From Eubacteriales bacterium (GTDB lineage: Bacteria; Bacillota; Clostridia; Lachnospirales; Lachnospiraceae): a stretch of DNA of 56,907 nucleotides. The stretch is taken from contig JAUNGW010000001.1 in the NCBI GenBank assembly GCA_030524245.1, positions 1 through 56,907 on the forward strand. The letters are read 5' to 3'. Under the pieces are notes generated by a model. The model searched no databases. It saw nothing but the letters and a program-made list of their open reading frames with translations, and was not told the origin of the DNA. Positions 1 through 8,967 of the stretch are shown piece by piece. Both the position numbers and the translations under genes were made by a program. How positions within the stretch are numbered: the stretch's first letter is position 1; each line of letters starts with the position of its first letter.

Positions 1-72
1 GTTCATCTGAGCCTATTTTTTTAGCCCAGTTTTTCATAGATCACTTGACACTACCGTTTTTTATCTGTCTCC

Positions 73-139
73 AGAATATCACAGTTTCATCTGTTCTCAC
101 AAATACATATATCGCATATTTTTTATAAGTAAAAGACAT
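73..139 (-). promoter_or_regulatory. Candidate leftward sigma-A promoter with two LTTR T-N11-A boxes
   Basis: Minus strand TTGTGA (102-97), N18, TGa-TATTCT (78-73). 15-bp boxes ATACATATATCGCAT (103-117) and ATAAGTAAAAGACAT (125-139) lie 22 bp apart, the same geometry as at 6054-6119 and 12280-12345. Confidence 0.5.
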
Positions 140-146
140 AATTACC

Positions 147-175
147 TTGACATTATTTGCCGCATATTTTATATT
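147..175 (+). promoter_or_regulatory. Sigma-A promoter for LysR pair 1
   Basis: TTGACA (147-152), N17, TATATT (170-175), upstream of RBS AGGAGG. Confidence 0.7.
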
Positions 176-203
176 CAACATAAATTGTGCAGGAGGGAAT
201 TCT

Positions 204-1160
204 TTGAATACAAAACATTTTGATTATATCATTGCCATAGCTGAAACAGGAAATTTATCTCTGGCCGCGAAAAAGCTTCACATCTCCCAGCCCATCCTGA
301 GCCGCTATCTGGACAGGCTGGAATCTACACTTAGCACAAAACTTTTCGTCCGGGAAAAACGGCATTTTCATATCACTGCCGCAGGTGAAATTTACCTGGA
401 TGGCGTAAGACGTATGCAGGAAATTCAAACCCAAATGTACCGTTTTCTCAATATCCTGCAGGGTTCAGCTGAACAATCATTAAAGATCGGGATGTCTCCC
501 TTCCGCGGCGGTCAGGAATTAGCTGCCTTTTATCCAGCGCTTCTTCACCAGTATCCAAATCTGAATCTGACTGTTCTTGAGGGGAATTCTAATGAGCTGT
601 ATAAAAAGCTCTGCAACAAGGAAATCTCCTTAATGATTAACCTGTATGACAGTCAGCTGATGCCAGGAACAAAAGCTGCCACACTGACCAGGCAGGAAAT
701 CCTGATTGCCCTGCCCAGGTATCACCCTCTTTCTATGGCACACAAAAGCAATACCGGCCATTCCCTGACCGTAGAACAGCTCCGATCCCTTACAGATATT
801 TCCTTTGTATATTTAAGCCCGCAGACTCTGGCCGGACAGCTGATTGAGAATGCCTGCATGCTTTATGAGTTTTCTCCACAGATTCTTCTTTGTACGGAAA
901 ACAGTCTGGCGGTATCTTCTCTGCTGTCCTCTGGAAACTACGCCGGCTTTCTCCTGGAAGAATCTGTAAAAAACAATCCCAATTTAGTCTGTTTTCATAT
1001 GCCTCATCCACTTTACCTGTACAGCGGCATGATTTTTCAGTCAGATCATCAGCCAAACTCCGTAGAAACCTATCTGTTTCAATTGGAATATGAACAGGTA
1101 CGAAAACAGAATCCCGGAATCCTTCATATCAATGATTTCAGCCGTCGGTTGCTGGCGTAA
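204..1160 (+). CDS. LysR-family transcriptional regulator (LTTR-1)
   Basis: N-terminal HTH (IAETGNLSLAAKKLHISQPILS) plus LysR substrate domain. TTG start at 204 after AGGAGG. Confidence 0.92.
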   Translation: MNTKHFDYIIAIAETGNLSLAAKKLHISQPILSRYLDRLESTLSTKLFVREKRHFHITAAGEIYLDGVRRMQEIQTQMYRFLNILQGSAEQSLKIGMSPFRGGQELAAFYPALLHQYPNLNLTVLEGNSNELYKKLCNKEISLMINLYDSQLMPGTKAATLTRQEILIALPRYHPLSMAHKSNTGHSLTVEQLRSLTDISFVYLSPQTLAGQLIENACMLYEFSPQILLCTENSLAVSSLLSSGNYAGFLLEESVKNNPNLVCFHMPHPLYLYSGMIFQSDHQPNSVETYLFQLEYEQVRKQNPGILHINDFSRRLLA

Positions 1161-1173
1161 AGGAGATCCTGCC

Positions 1174-2070
1174 ATGGACACAAAAATATATGAATATCTG
1201 ATCGCTGTATCAGAACAAAAAAATATTAGCCGGGCTGCGGCACAATGCTTCATTTCCCAACCTGCCCTGACTCAGCATATTAAGAATATGGAGCGGAAGC
1301 TTGGCTTCTCCCTGTTTAAAAGAAGCAGCTCCGGATGGATACCTTCGCGGCAGGGCGAAATTTTTCTCACTGCTGCTAAACGAATGCTGCAGGTAGAAAA
1401 AGAAACTCTCGAAAAAATAAGAATCTGTAAAGCAAATACAACGCCTGCGTATCGGGTGATTCTGGACATCCATTTACGGAATCTGTTTATCGACACGATT
1501 TGGCCGAAATTTCTGGAACAGTATCCGGAAACACGTTTAAGCCTGATATGCTCAGACACGGATACCAATATTCAATATTTGTCTCGTCAAATGGCTGATA
1601 TCGGTGTTTTTCCTGTATGCCAGAACCTGCCGTCCCAACTTGGCTGTGTTTTCCTTGATCAGAGTGAATATCGGCTTGTCTTGCCGCCAAATCATCCCCT
1701 GGCTGATCAATTTCGCCGTAATGGGATTGATTTTTCTGCTCTTATGGAAGAAACCTTTATCCTCCACCAAAATTTTTCTCTCTACAGTACCATGCAGCAA
1801 CAGCTTTTGGAACAATCCAGATTCCATCCAAAAAAGATTCTGTACGGATATTCCATGCAGTCCATCCTTCGTATGGTACGATCCGGTGCAGGAATTACCT
1901 TTCTCCCCGATGTAATCATACATCTGGCTGGACAGGACTGTGTATCCTGCGCTTTTGACCCGCCTATCTTTTTCCGGCACGCCGCAGTTTATCACAAAGA
2001 ACAGGGTCTGACACCCATGCACACTCTGATGGCTGATTTATTTATCCAGCACTATCGACAATTCCACTAA
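1174..2070 (+). CDS. LysR-family transcriptional regulator (LTTR-2)
   Basis: HTH (EQKNISRAAAQCFISQPALTQHIK). ATG at 1174 after AAGGAG, 13 bp after the LTTR-1 stop. Confidence 0.92.
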   Translation: MDTKIYEYLIAVSEQKNISRAAAQCFISQPALTQHIKNMERKLGFSLFKRSSSGWIPSRQGEIFLTAAKRMLQVEKETLEKIRICKANTTPAYRVILDIHLRNLFIDTIWPKFLEQYPETRLSLICSDTDTNIQYLSRQMADIGVFPVCQNLPSQLGCVFLDQSEYRLVLPPNHPLADQFRRNGIDFSALMEETFILHQNFSLYSTMQQQLLEQSRFHPKKILYGYSMQSILRMVRSGAGITFLPDVIIHLAGQDCVSCAFDPPIFFRHAAVYHKEQGLTPMHTLMADLFIQHYRQFH

Positions 2071-2077
2071 ACGCAAA

Positions 2078-2109
2078 GAGATGGAACGCCATATACAGCA
2101 TTCCATCTC
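2078..2109. terminator. Hairpin between convergent genes (probable bidirectional terminator)
   Basis: GAGATGGAA...TTCCATCTC inverted repeat. Confidence 0.65.
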
Positions 2110-2127
2110 CTTAATATAATATCCGTT

Positions 2128-2964
2128 TTATTTCATAAGCGCCTTCACCTGGCGAACTCTCTCATCGATGAATTCCGCCCACACCGTATCATCCAGATAG
2201 ATCTGATTCTCATCCGTGTACTGTCCGGCCCGGTCGATGATCTCAATCTGGTTCGGATGGCTGGGCAGGGCAATGTCCACATGGATCGCCTTCAGCTTAT
2301 CCGCGTCCGCGAAGAACCGCTCCCGCAGATCCGGAGTCAGATACTTACTTGTCTTATAATAATCATCGTTCATGGTGTTTGCTCCTACTCCGCCGTGCAT
2401 AGCCACCTGATAGATCTGTCCGTTTGCAGGATTCTTTACCTCCCAGAAAAAGCTGGTGCATCCGATGGTGTGTCCCGGCGTAAGAAGGGTGCGGATCGTC
2501 ACATTCCCCATGGTAATCGGGGTGTCGTCGGAGTAAAAGCAGTCCGGTTCAAAGTCCTGGGTATGAGAGCCAGAATCCGGAATCATAGTCTCCTCATAGC
2601 ATTCCTTCATAAACCTGTAATCCTCATGGGACATATAAATCTCTGCCCCGGTCAGAGCTTTCATCGCCGCAGCGCCGCCGCAGTGGTCAAAATGCGCATG
2701 GCTGATCAGGATCTTTTTGATATCCTCCGGCCGGTACCCCAGCCGGTAAATGGCATCCACCAGAAGATACACGCTTTCCGGGATGGCCGTATCCAGAAGG
2801 ATCAGCCCTTCTCCCGTGTCGATCAGATAACAGCCCACCCATGTCTGTCCGCTCACATACCAGGTATGAGGCGCCACCTGAAACGGCTTCACCGCCATGG
2901 TCCATGGCTTATGGGCTAAGGTTCCTACCGGATCCTTCGGAGCCGGGGTACAACGAAATGACAT
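2128..2964 (-). CDS. MBL-fold metallo-hydrolase, subclass B3 beta-lactamase-like, no signal peptide
   Basis: SHAHFDH, TPGHT and PSHP zinc ligands. B3-type N-terminal PFQVAPHTWYV. ATG 2964 follows AAGGAG and abuts the tctA stop. Confidence 0.85.
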   Translation of the reverse strand: MSFRCTPAPKDPVGTLAHKPWTMAVKPFQVAPHTWYVSGQTWVGCYLIDTGEGLILLDTAIPESVYLLVDAIYRLGYRPEDIKKILISHAHFDHCGGAAAMKALTGAEIYMSHEDYRFMKECYEETMIPDSGSHTQDFEPDCFYSDDTPITMGNVTIRTLLTPGHTIGCTSFFWEVKNPANGQIYQVAMHGGVGANTMNDDYYKTSKYLTPDLRERFFADADKLKAIHVDIALPSHPNQIEIIDRAGQYTDENQIYLDDTVWAEFIDERVRQVKALMK

Positions 2965-2965
2965 A

Positions 2966-4465
2966 TTACTGCACACTCCTTTTCTGTTTCATTTTTGCAT
3001 AAAGGGTCTTTAAAATCGGTGAAAATACGCAGCCGATTCCAATAATCATAAACACGCAGGAGATCGGTCTGGTGAAAAATGTGCTGGCTGTTCCCGTATT
3101 CTGGAATGCCTTCAGCATGTTGCTCTCCAGCGTTGGTCCCAGGATGAACGCCAGGATCAGAGGAGAGGTGGGCAGTCCTCCAAAGGCCATCAGGATACCT
3201 ACCGCCGCGAAGAACAGCATCATGCCGCACTTATATAAGCTGCTGGAATCCACATAGGCGCTCATGAAGGAAATGATCAGCAGCGCCGGATACATGTAAT
3301 GATACGGAACCTTCAGGATCTTCGGGAAGGTTCTCATGCCAAGCGCCTGAAGAACCAGGCACACAATGGCGCAGAGCGCAACCACAAAGAACATCAGGTA
3401 CACAATATTTCCGCTGTTTCGGAATACCATCGGGCCCATTTCCAGACCATGAATCGTCAGCGCGCCGATCAAAAGCGCCGTGGTGGAGTCACCGGGAATT
3501 CCCAGCGCAGCCATGGGAATCATGGAACCGCCGACAGCTGCATTGTTGGAGCATTCAGAAGCCCACAGGCCTTCCGGATTTCCCTTTCCGAACAGTTCCG
3601 GCGTTTTGGACGCGTTCTTCGCCGCGGAATAAGCAACCAGATTGGAAAGCCCGGCGCCCATACCCGGTAAAAATCCGATCACAAGACCGATCACCCAGGA
3701 GCGGACAATATTCACAATGTTCTCCATAATCTCGGACAAGGTGATTCCAAGACCCTTGATGGACTTTGTATCTACCTCAGGAAGGGGATCAAAGCCCTTT
3801 CCATAGGCCAGCACGATGCTGCTGACACCGAAAATACCGATCAGCACCACAGTCATGCCCAATCCGCCCATCAGGTACATATTGTCGAATACAAACCGCG
3901 GCTCTGCATCGATGGGAGAAAATCCTACGGACGCGAACAACAGCCCGATACACGCAGACGCCAGTCCTTTAAACATATTACCCTTGGATATGGCCAGCAC
4001 CATGGTGATTGCCACAAAGCACAGACCTGCGTACTCCCAGGGTCCCAGCTCAAATGCAATGCTTGCAATCGTCTGACTCAAAAACGCTCCTGCGATAGCG
4101 CTGAAGAATGTTCCAAGGAAAGAAGCTACCATACCGATAGCCAGAGCCTTTCCCGCTTTTCCTGCCATCGCCATGGGATATCCGTCAAAGCAGGTAGCCA
4201 CAGACGAGGGCGAACCAGGAATACCAAGCAGCACAGATCCGATAAAGCCGCCGGAGCAGCCGCCCACCCACAAAGACAGCAGGAAAATAATCGCGGCCCC
4301 TGTCTGCATGGAATATGTAAGCGGCATCAGAAGCATAACCGCCAGTGTTCCGGAAAGTCCCGGAATGGCTCCGAAAATCATTCCAATTACATTTCCCACA
4401 AGAAGCAGCGCCAGGTTCATCGGATTCGCTACTTCTCCCAGGATATATGGCAAATAACTTATCAT
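2966..4465 (-). CDS. tctA: Tripartite tricarboxylate transporter large permease TctA (system 1)
   Basis: GAIPGLSG, GIPGSPSS...FDGYPMA, ASECSNNA and LGIPGD motifs; about 500 aa, polytopic. Confidence 0.93.
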   Translation of the reverse strand: MISYLPYILGEVANPMNLALLLVGNVIGMIFGAIPGLSGTLAVMLLMPLTYSMQTGAAIIFLLSLWVGGCSGGFIGSVLLGIPGSPSSVATCFDGYPMAMAGKAGKALAIGMVASFLGTFFSAIAGAFLSQTIASIAFELGPWEYAGLCFVAITMVLAISKGNMFKGLASACIGLLFASVGFSPIDAEPRFVFDNMYLMGGLGMTVVLIGIFGVSSIVLAYGKGFDPLPEVDTKSIKGLGITLSEIMENIVNIVRSWVIGLVIGFLPGMGAGLSNLVAYSAAKNASKTPELFGKGNPEGLWASECSNNAAVGGSMIPMAALGIPGDSTTALLIGALTIHGLEMGPMVFRNSGNIVYLMFFVVALCAIVCLVLQALGMRTFPKILKVPYHYMYPALLIISFMSAYVDSSSLYKCGMMLFFAAVGILMAFGGLPTSPLILAFILGPTLESNMLKAFQNTGTASTFFTRPISCVFMIIGIGCVFSPILKTLYAKMKQKRSVQ

Positions 4466-4480
4466 CCTATCTGTTCCTCC

Positions 4481-4945
4481 TTATCCGAATAATTCCCCTG
4501 ACGGCAGCCCCAGCCCAAAGGCAAACACATAGATCACATAAACTGCCAGCGTCAGAATAACGGTATAAAGCAGCCTGCCCTTCAGCGTAGTATTGCTGCC
4601 CTTCGCATACAGAGTAGTCAGAATATAGCAGGCCACCGGGGTTGCAATCAGATATCCCACAAACTTCATGGCAAAAATATATACAGCCAGAATCACCATG
4701 GAGATCAGAACACGGATCCATCCCTCCTTCAAAAGGAAGACCTGCTCCTCCTTTGTGCTTTTTGTTGACTCTATAAAGATGCCTGCGCCGCAGATTACAA
4801 AACCGGCCACGGCGATCATTGGCAGGGCCTTCGGTCCCGGATAGCTGACGGAAAATGGCACCTTAAACTGATTTACCATGACTGCGATTATGATTCCAAT
4901 TAAAATCAATGCAAGCCCGGTAATCTGGTCTCTTTTTATTTTCAT
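4481..4945 (-). CDS. tctB: TctB small membrane subunit (system 1)
   Basis: Four hydrophobic segments, PGPKALP motif, C-terminal LPSG; lies between tctC and tctA. Confidence 0.88.
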   Translation of the reverse strand: MKIKRDQITGLALILIGIIIAVMVNQFKVPFSVSYPGPKALPMIAVAGFVICGAGIFIESTKSTKEEQVFLLKEGWIRVLISMVILAVYIFAMKFVGYLIATPVACYILTTLYAKGSNTTLKGRLLYTVILTLAVYVIYVFAFGLGLPSGELFG

Positions 4946-4985
4946 GCTCCTGTCTCCTTGCCTGTTTTTCTCTTTCATCAGCAGA

Positions 4986-5969
4986 TTACTTCTGCTTTAA
5001 TCCAAGAGTCTCTACAACGCTGTTGATATCGGCCTGCTGCTCCTGTACCTTCGCAAGCCCCTCCTCGTAAGGTACAAACTCCATAGCCATACCGGCCGGC
5101 TGAAGAATCTCATTTACCTCATCGCTGGCTGCTGCTGCCGCATAATAATCGTACAGCTGCTTTGCCAGCTCATCGCTCATATCCTTCGGCCCGCAGAACA
5201 GATTCAGAGTTGTAAACGTACAGTCCACACCCTGCTCCTGCATGGACGGAACATCCGGCAGAACCGTGCTTCTTGCGCCTTCCTCGCCGTTGCTTACTAC
5301 TGCAAGCGCGTTGGCCTTTCCGGATTCCACATACTGCTTCGCCTGATTTACATTTACCAGAGCCGCATCGATGGTGCCGCCAACCAGTGCGGTCAGCTTC
5401 TCTGTATCAGAACCAGCCTCAACAAACTTTGCCTGAATTCCTGCCGCCTGGGCAAACAGGCCTGCCATAATATGGCTGGTGCCGCCTGTCTCCACGCCGA
5501 TTTTCACCTCGGCGGAGGCTGCCTTGTCTAAAAACTGCTGCAGATCAGTCATCCCGCTCTCCGCAGGTACAACCAGCGTGTACTGCGCCTTCTCCGTTCC
5601 CTGTGATACACCGATAATCTTAAAATCATCTGCCGCAGTCTTATCATACACTCCGGTAGCGCTCTTGATCAGCATGGTGGTGTGGAACTGCAGAATCTTG
5701 CTTCCATCAGGCTTTGCGGTCCGGATTGTCTCCATCGCCACTACGCCGTTGCCGTCTGTATTGTTTACCACGTTCATGTTAATTCCCGCATCCTTGGCAA
5801 TCTTCGTGGTCAGTGCTCTTGCCATAACATCGGTTCCGCCGCCTGCCTTGGCCGGCACCTGAACCTCGATGGTTTTCGGAAGTCCTCCCTCATTGCTGCT
5901 GCCACAGCCAGTCAACATGGATGCCGCCAGCACTCCCGCCGCCACAACGCCTAATACTCTTCTTTTCAT
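4986..5969 (-). CDS. tctC: TctC/Bug substrate-binding lipoprotein (system 1)
   Basis: Lipobox LTGC; VPAKAGGGTD motif; PDVPSMQEQG. Confidence 0.9.
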   Translation of the reverse strand: MKRRVLGVVAAGVLAASMLTGCGSSNEGGLPKTIEVQVPAKAGGGTDVMARALTTKIAKDAGINMNVVNNTDGNGVVAMETIRTAKPDGSKILQFHTTMLIKSATGVYDKTAADDFKIIGVSQGTEKAQYTLVVPAESGMTDLQQFLDKAASAEVKIGVETGGTSHIMAGLFAQAAGIQAKFVEAGSDTEKLTALVGGTIDAALVNVNQAKQYVESGKANALAVVSNGEEGARSTVLPDVPSMQEQGVDCTFTTLNLFCGPKDMSDELAKQLYDYYAAAAASDEVNEILQPAGMAMEFVPYEEGLAKVQEQQADINSVVETLGLKQK

Positions 5970-6053
5970 TTCGTCTCTCCTTCTCCCATTGAAAATGTTT
6001 TATAAAAACCCAACAATTTTTTCTCATTTTCGTTGAATTTCTAAGTTGTTTTT

Positions 6054-6119
6054 ATTATAATAAACCCATTAACATAATTCAACTTATTGATTTTTATTTT
6101 GTCACTTAATTTTTCTAAG
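6054..6119 (-). promoter_or_regulatory. tctC1 sigma-A promoter with LTTR boxes
   Basis: Minus strand TTGAAT (6082-6077), N17, TATAAT (6059-6054). Boxes at 6083-6097 and dyad CTTA-N7-TAAG at 6105-6119. Confidence 0.72.
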
Positions 6120-6133
6120 ATATGGAGGGCGTT

Positions 6134-7084
6134 ATGGATTTACGACAGCTGGAATATATCATCGCCATTGAACAGGAGCAGAGCATTTCACAGGCAGCCA
6201 AAAAGCTTTTCCTTACTCAGTCCGCCTTAAACCAGCAGCTGCTCAAGCTGGAAAAGGAACTGGGCACGCCGCTTTTTGAACGCCGGAAACACAGCATGAT
6301 CCCCACCTTTGCCGGGCGCGTCTACCTGAACACGGCCCATCAGATGCTGGACATGAAGCAGCAGACCTACAAGATTATCCACGATATTTCCAACGAGGCC
6401 TCCGGAGAGATCCCTATCGCATATACGCCGGAAGCAGGCTCTGTGATGTTTTCCCACATCTATCCGCCCTTTCATGCCCTTTATCCCAATATCACCTTCA
6501 AGATCTTTGAGGCACGGGTAAAGAAGATGGAGGATCTGATTCTTCAGCGGGAAGCACATTTTGCATTCATTGCATACTATGAGCCAAGTAAAAGGCCAGA
6601 GCTGGACTATTTGGATATGAGCGCAGAAAAGATGATTCTCGGCCTTCCCGCCACTCATCCCCTGGCTCACCTGGCCGGAGACAAAAGCTGGGAAACTTTT
6701 CCGCCTATTGATCTGACGCTTTTAAAGGATGACGCTTTCATCCTTCTGAGCAGAGAGACCCGCATGCGGGACATGATCGACCTGTCCTTCGCCCACGCCG
6801 GCTTTCACCCTAAGGTGCTGTTTGAATCCATCAGCACCAGAACTGTAATCAACATGGTAGAGCATCAGATCGGCCCCGCCTTCTTCCCACAGTCCTACGT
6901 AAATCCGGAAGCCTCCATGGTTTATTTTACGGTGGCCCCATTTTTTAAATGGATGCGCGGCGTGGCCTTTTTAAAGGGCTGCTATCTGACCAAACCGGAG
7001 AAATATTTTATTGCCCTGGCCGCAGACTTTCACCACGGCGTGCTGGCCGAAGGCATGGGAAGGCAGATGATGCCGGGCATATGA
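6134..7084 (+). CDS. LysR-family regulator (LTTR-3), divergent from tct system 1
   Basis: MDLRQLEYIIAIEQEQSISQAAKKLFLTQSAL HTH; RBS GGAGG. Confidence 0.93.
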   Translation: MDLRQLEYIIAIEQEQSISQAAKKLFLTQSALNQQLLKLEKELGTPLFERRKHSMIPTFAGRVYLNTAHQMLDMKQQTYKIIHDISNEASGEIPIAYTPEAGSVMFSHIYPPFHALYPNITFKIFEARVKKMEDLILQREAHFAFIAYYEPSKRPELDYLDMSAEKMILGLPATHPLAHLAGDKSWETFPPIDLTLLKDDAFILLSRETRMRDMIDLSFAHAGFHPKVLFESISTRTVINMVEHQIGPAFFPQSYVNPEASMVYFTVAPFFKWMRGVAFLKGCYLTKPEKYFIALAADFHHGVLAEGMGRQMMPGI

Positions 7085-7090
7085 AGGCAA

Positions 7091-7120
7091 ATAAGGGAAC
7101 GGCTTCCGCCGTCCCCTTAT
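7091..7120. terminator. Bidirectional terminator hairpin
   Basis: ATAAGGGAACGGC-TTCC-GCCGTCCCCTTAT between convergent genes. Confidence 0.7.
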
Positions 7121-7124
7121 CAGA

Positions 7125-8045
7125 TCATTTCAGATATTTGTCAAAAAATCTTACAATCACATCTTTTAAAAGCGGCTGAAAGAACTCTCTGGTTCCATGA
7201 CCGGCGCCCTTTAGTATGCAAAGCTCTGTCCGGTCTTCCATACCCGCTTCCACAATCTTTTTGTAAAATTCTTCGCTGATCTCCACCGGCACCAGTTTAT
7301 CACAGTCACCGTGGAGAATCATCATCGGAGCCATACGATCCGTCAGAAGATACGGCGGACTGGCCAGTCTGGCCCGGTCAATCATTGTGGATACCTCTCC
7401 TCCCATCAGAGCACCTGCGTGAGTATCCTCCACTGTTTTCCACCGATAGTTCGGATCATGTTCCATCATGTATGCATCAAACTCCATCAGCTTCACCAGA
7501 TCCACCGGTCCGAACATATCACAGCAGGCCTGAACATCAGATGAATACTCCTTCCATTCCTCGCTGTCATAGAGGTCCTCATTCATAGCGGCCAGCGCTG
7601 ATAAATGCCCGCCGGCAGACCGTCCAATTACACCGATCCGTTCCGGATCAATCTCATATTCCTCTGCATGGGCCCTCAGAAAGCGAATCGCTGTTTTTAC
7701 ATCAATGATCTGATCTGGAAAATGTCCTTCGGCGCTGCTTCTGTAATACATGGATGCCACTACATAGCCTGCGTCTGCCAAAAACATCATCTCCGGCACC
7801 ATCAGATTTTTATCTGTTCCCCGGTATCCGCCTCCTGGCACCCAGAGAATCGCCGGCTTCGGCTCTTTGTCCTCCTCATCATCAACACCTGCTGCCAGCC
7901 GCATTTCACTGTTGCCATTTTGCAGCATGACAGACATTTTCAGTTCCATCATGTTTCCCTCCAGATCCGGCTGTCTGGAATAAACAATATTATCTATGAA
8001 ATTAATGCTTTTCCTCATCTTTCCCGCATTCAGTTCCTGTCTCAT
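7125..8045 (-). CDS. Alpha/beta hydrolase, HSL/BD-FAE-like esterase
   Basis: PGGG oxyanion motif, GRSAGG nucleophile elbow, HGDCD and GAGHG catalytic residues; no signal peptide. Confidence 0.88.
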   Translation of the reverse strand: MRQELNAGKMRKSINFIDNIVYSRQPDLEGNMMELKMSVMLQNGNSEMRLAAGVDDEEDKEPKPAILWVPGGGYRGTDKNLMVPEMMFLADAGYVVASMYYRSSAEGHFPDQIIDVKTAIRFLRAHAEEYEIDPERIGVIGRSAGGHLSALAAMNEDLYDSEEWKEYSSDVQACCDMFGPVDLVKLMEFDAYMMEHDPNYRWKTVEDTHAGALMGGEVSTMIDRARLASPPYLLTDRMAPMMILHGDCDKLVPVEISEEFYKKIVEAGMEDRTELCILKGAGHGTREFFQPLLKDVIVRFFDKYLK

Positions 8046-8060
8046 TACTCATTTTTCTCC

Positions 8061-8966
8061 TTAATCTTCCACATTCAGTGCTGCCTGACAGATCATGCGG
8101 ATCACCAGCGCCTGTCCGGCCTCCCACTCCTCCGTACAGTGAACGATAAAGCCATGATAAGAATGAAGGAAGCATTTTGCAGTTACCTTCACACCGGCCA
8201 AAGCCAGCCGTGAAGCGTACTCCATATCCTCAAACCGGAAATTATCCTTTCCGGCACAGATCACCAGCGCCTCCGGTGTCCTGCCCAGCATATCGTTATC
8301 CGCCATCAGAGGACTGCAGTATGGATTTTTCAAAAGCTCCGTGTTTCCATCCGTATAAGCCTGGCTGAACATCCGCCCGCGTTCTACCGGAATCATATTG
8401 GTATCGGCTTCCGGTTTGTCCGCCGGGTCTGTAGCCATATCAAATCCGCCATAATCCAGCACCTGGAGACAGGGTTTAAATTCGCCGGTCTGTCCTGCCT
8501 TCAGACAGACAGCCGCCGTCAGGTTCGCGCCTGCGCTGTGTCCGCCTACAGAAACCCGGTTCTTGTCTCCATCCCACTGCTCCAGCATGGAGAAAACCCA
8601 CCTGCATACATCGTAACACTGATGAAATGCCGTCGGATACGGGTACTCCGGCGCCAGACTATAGTCTACATCTACCACGATTCCCTGAATTCCATCCGCT
8701 ACCTTCGCGGAATAAATCTCATCCCGCTTTTCATGGGGACGGACAAAGCCGCCCCCGTGTATGTTTACGTGAACCCTGCAGCAGGCTGTTCTGTTCTTCG
8801 CCGTAAATACATAACAGGTCACAGGGCCCTCTGAGGTTTCCACCCGGATCTCCTGTCTGTCTGCCAGCTCCAGATTGCGGCTGTACTCCGGAGTAATATG
8901 CTCCTTCGCCACACTCGTTCCGCGCAGGGCAGTAACCAGTTTCTTTTTCTCTGCTTCTGTCAGCAT
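8061..8966 (-). CDS. Alpha/beta hydrolase, HSL family (family IV) esterase
   Basis: HGGGF, DYSLAPEYPYP, GHSAGA, AGKD and HGF motifs. Confidence 0.9.
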   Translation of the reverse strand: MLTEAEKKKLVTALRGTSVAKEHITPEYSRNLELADRQEIRVETSEGPVTCYVFTAKNRTACCRVHVNIHGGGFVRPHEKRDEIYSAKVADGIQGIVVDVDYSLAPEYPYPTAFHQCYDVCRWVFSMLEQWDGDKNRVSVGGHSAGANLTAAVCLKAGQTGEFKPCLQVLDYGGFDMATDPADKPEADTNMIPVERGRMFSQAYTDGNTELLKNPYCSPLMADNDMLGRTPEALVICAGKDNFRFEDMEYASRLALAGVKVTAKCFLHSYHGFIVHCTEEWEAGQALVIRMICQAALNVED

Positions 8967-8967
8967 A

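Noticed and set aside
147-203. N-terminal extensions given by the ORF track (here and for rmlC, thrC, pgm, cca, gltX, LTTR-6, GT2 at 19938)
   Set aside because: They overlap promoters or upstream genes; downstream starts have RBSs and match family N-termini.
2128-2964. Calling the MBL a bona fide resistance gene
   Set aside because: No signal peptide and a metabolic operon context; motifs alone do not show beta-lactamase activity.
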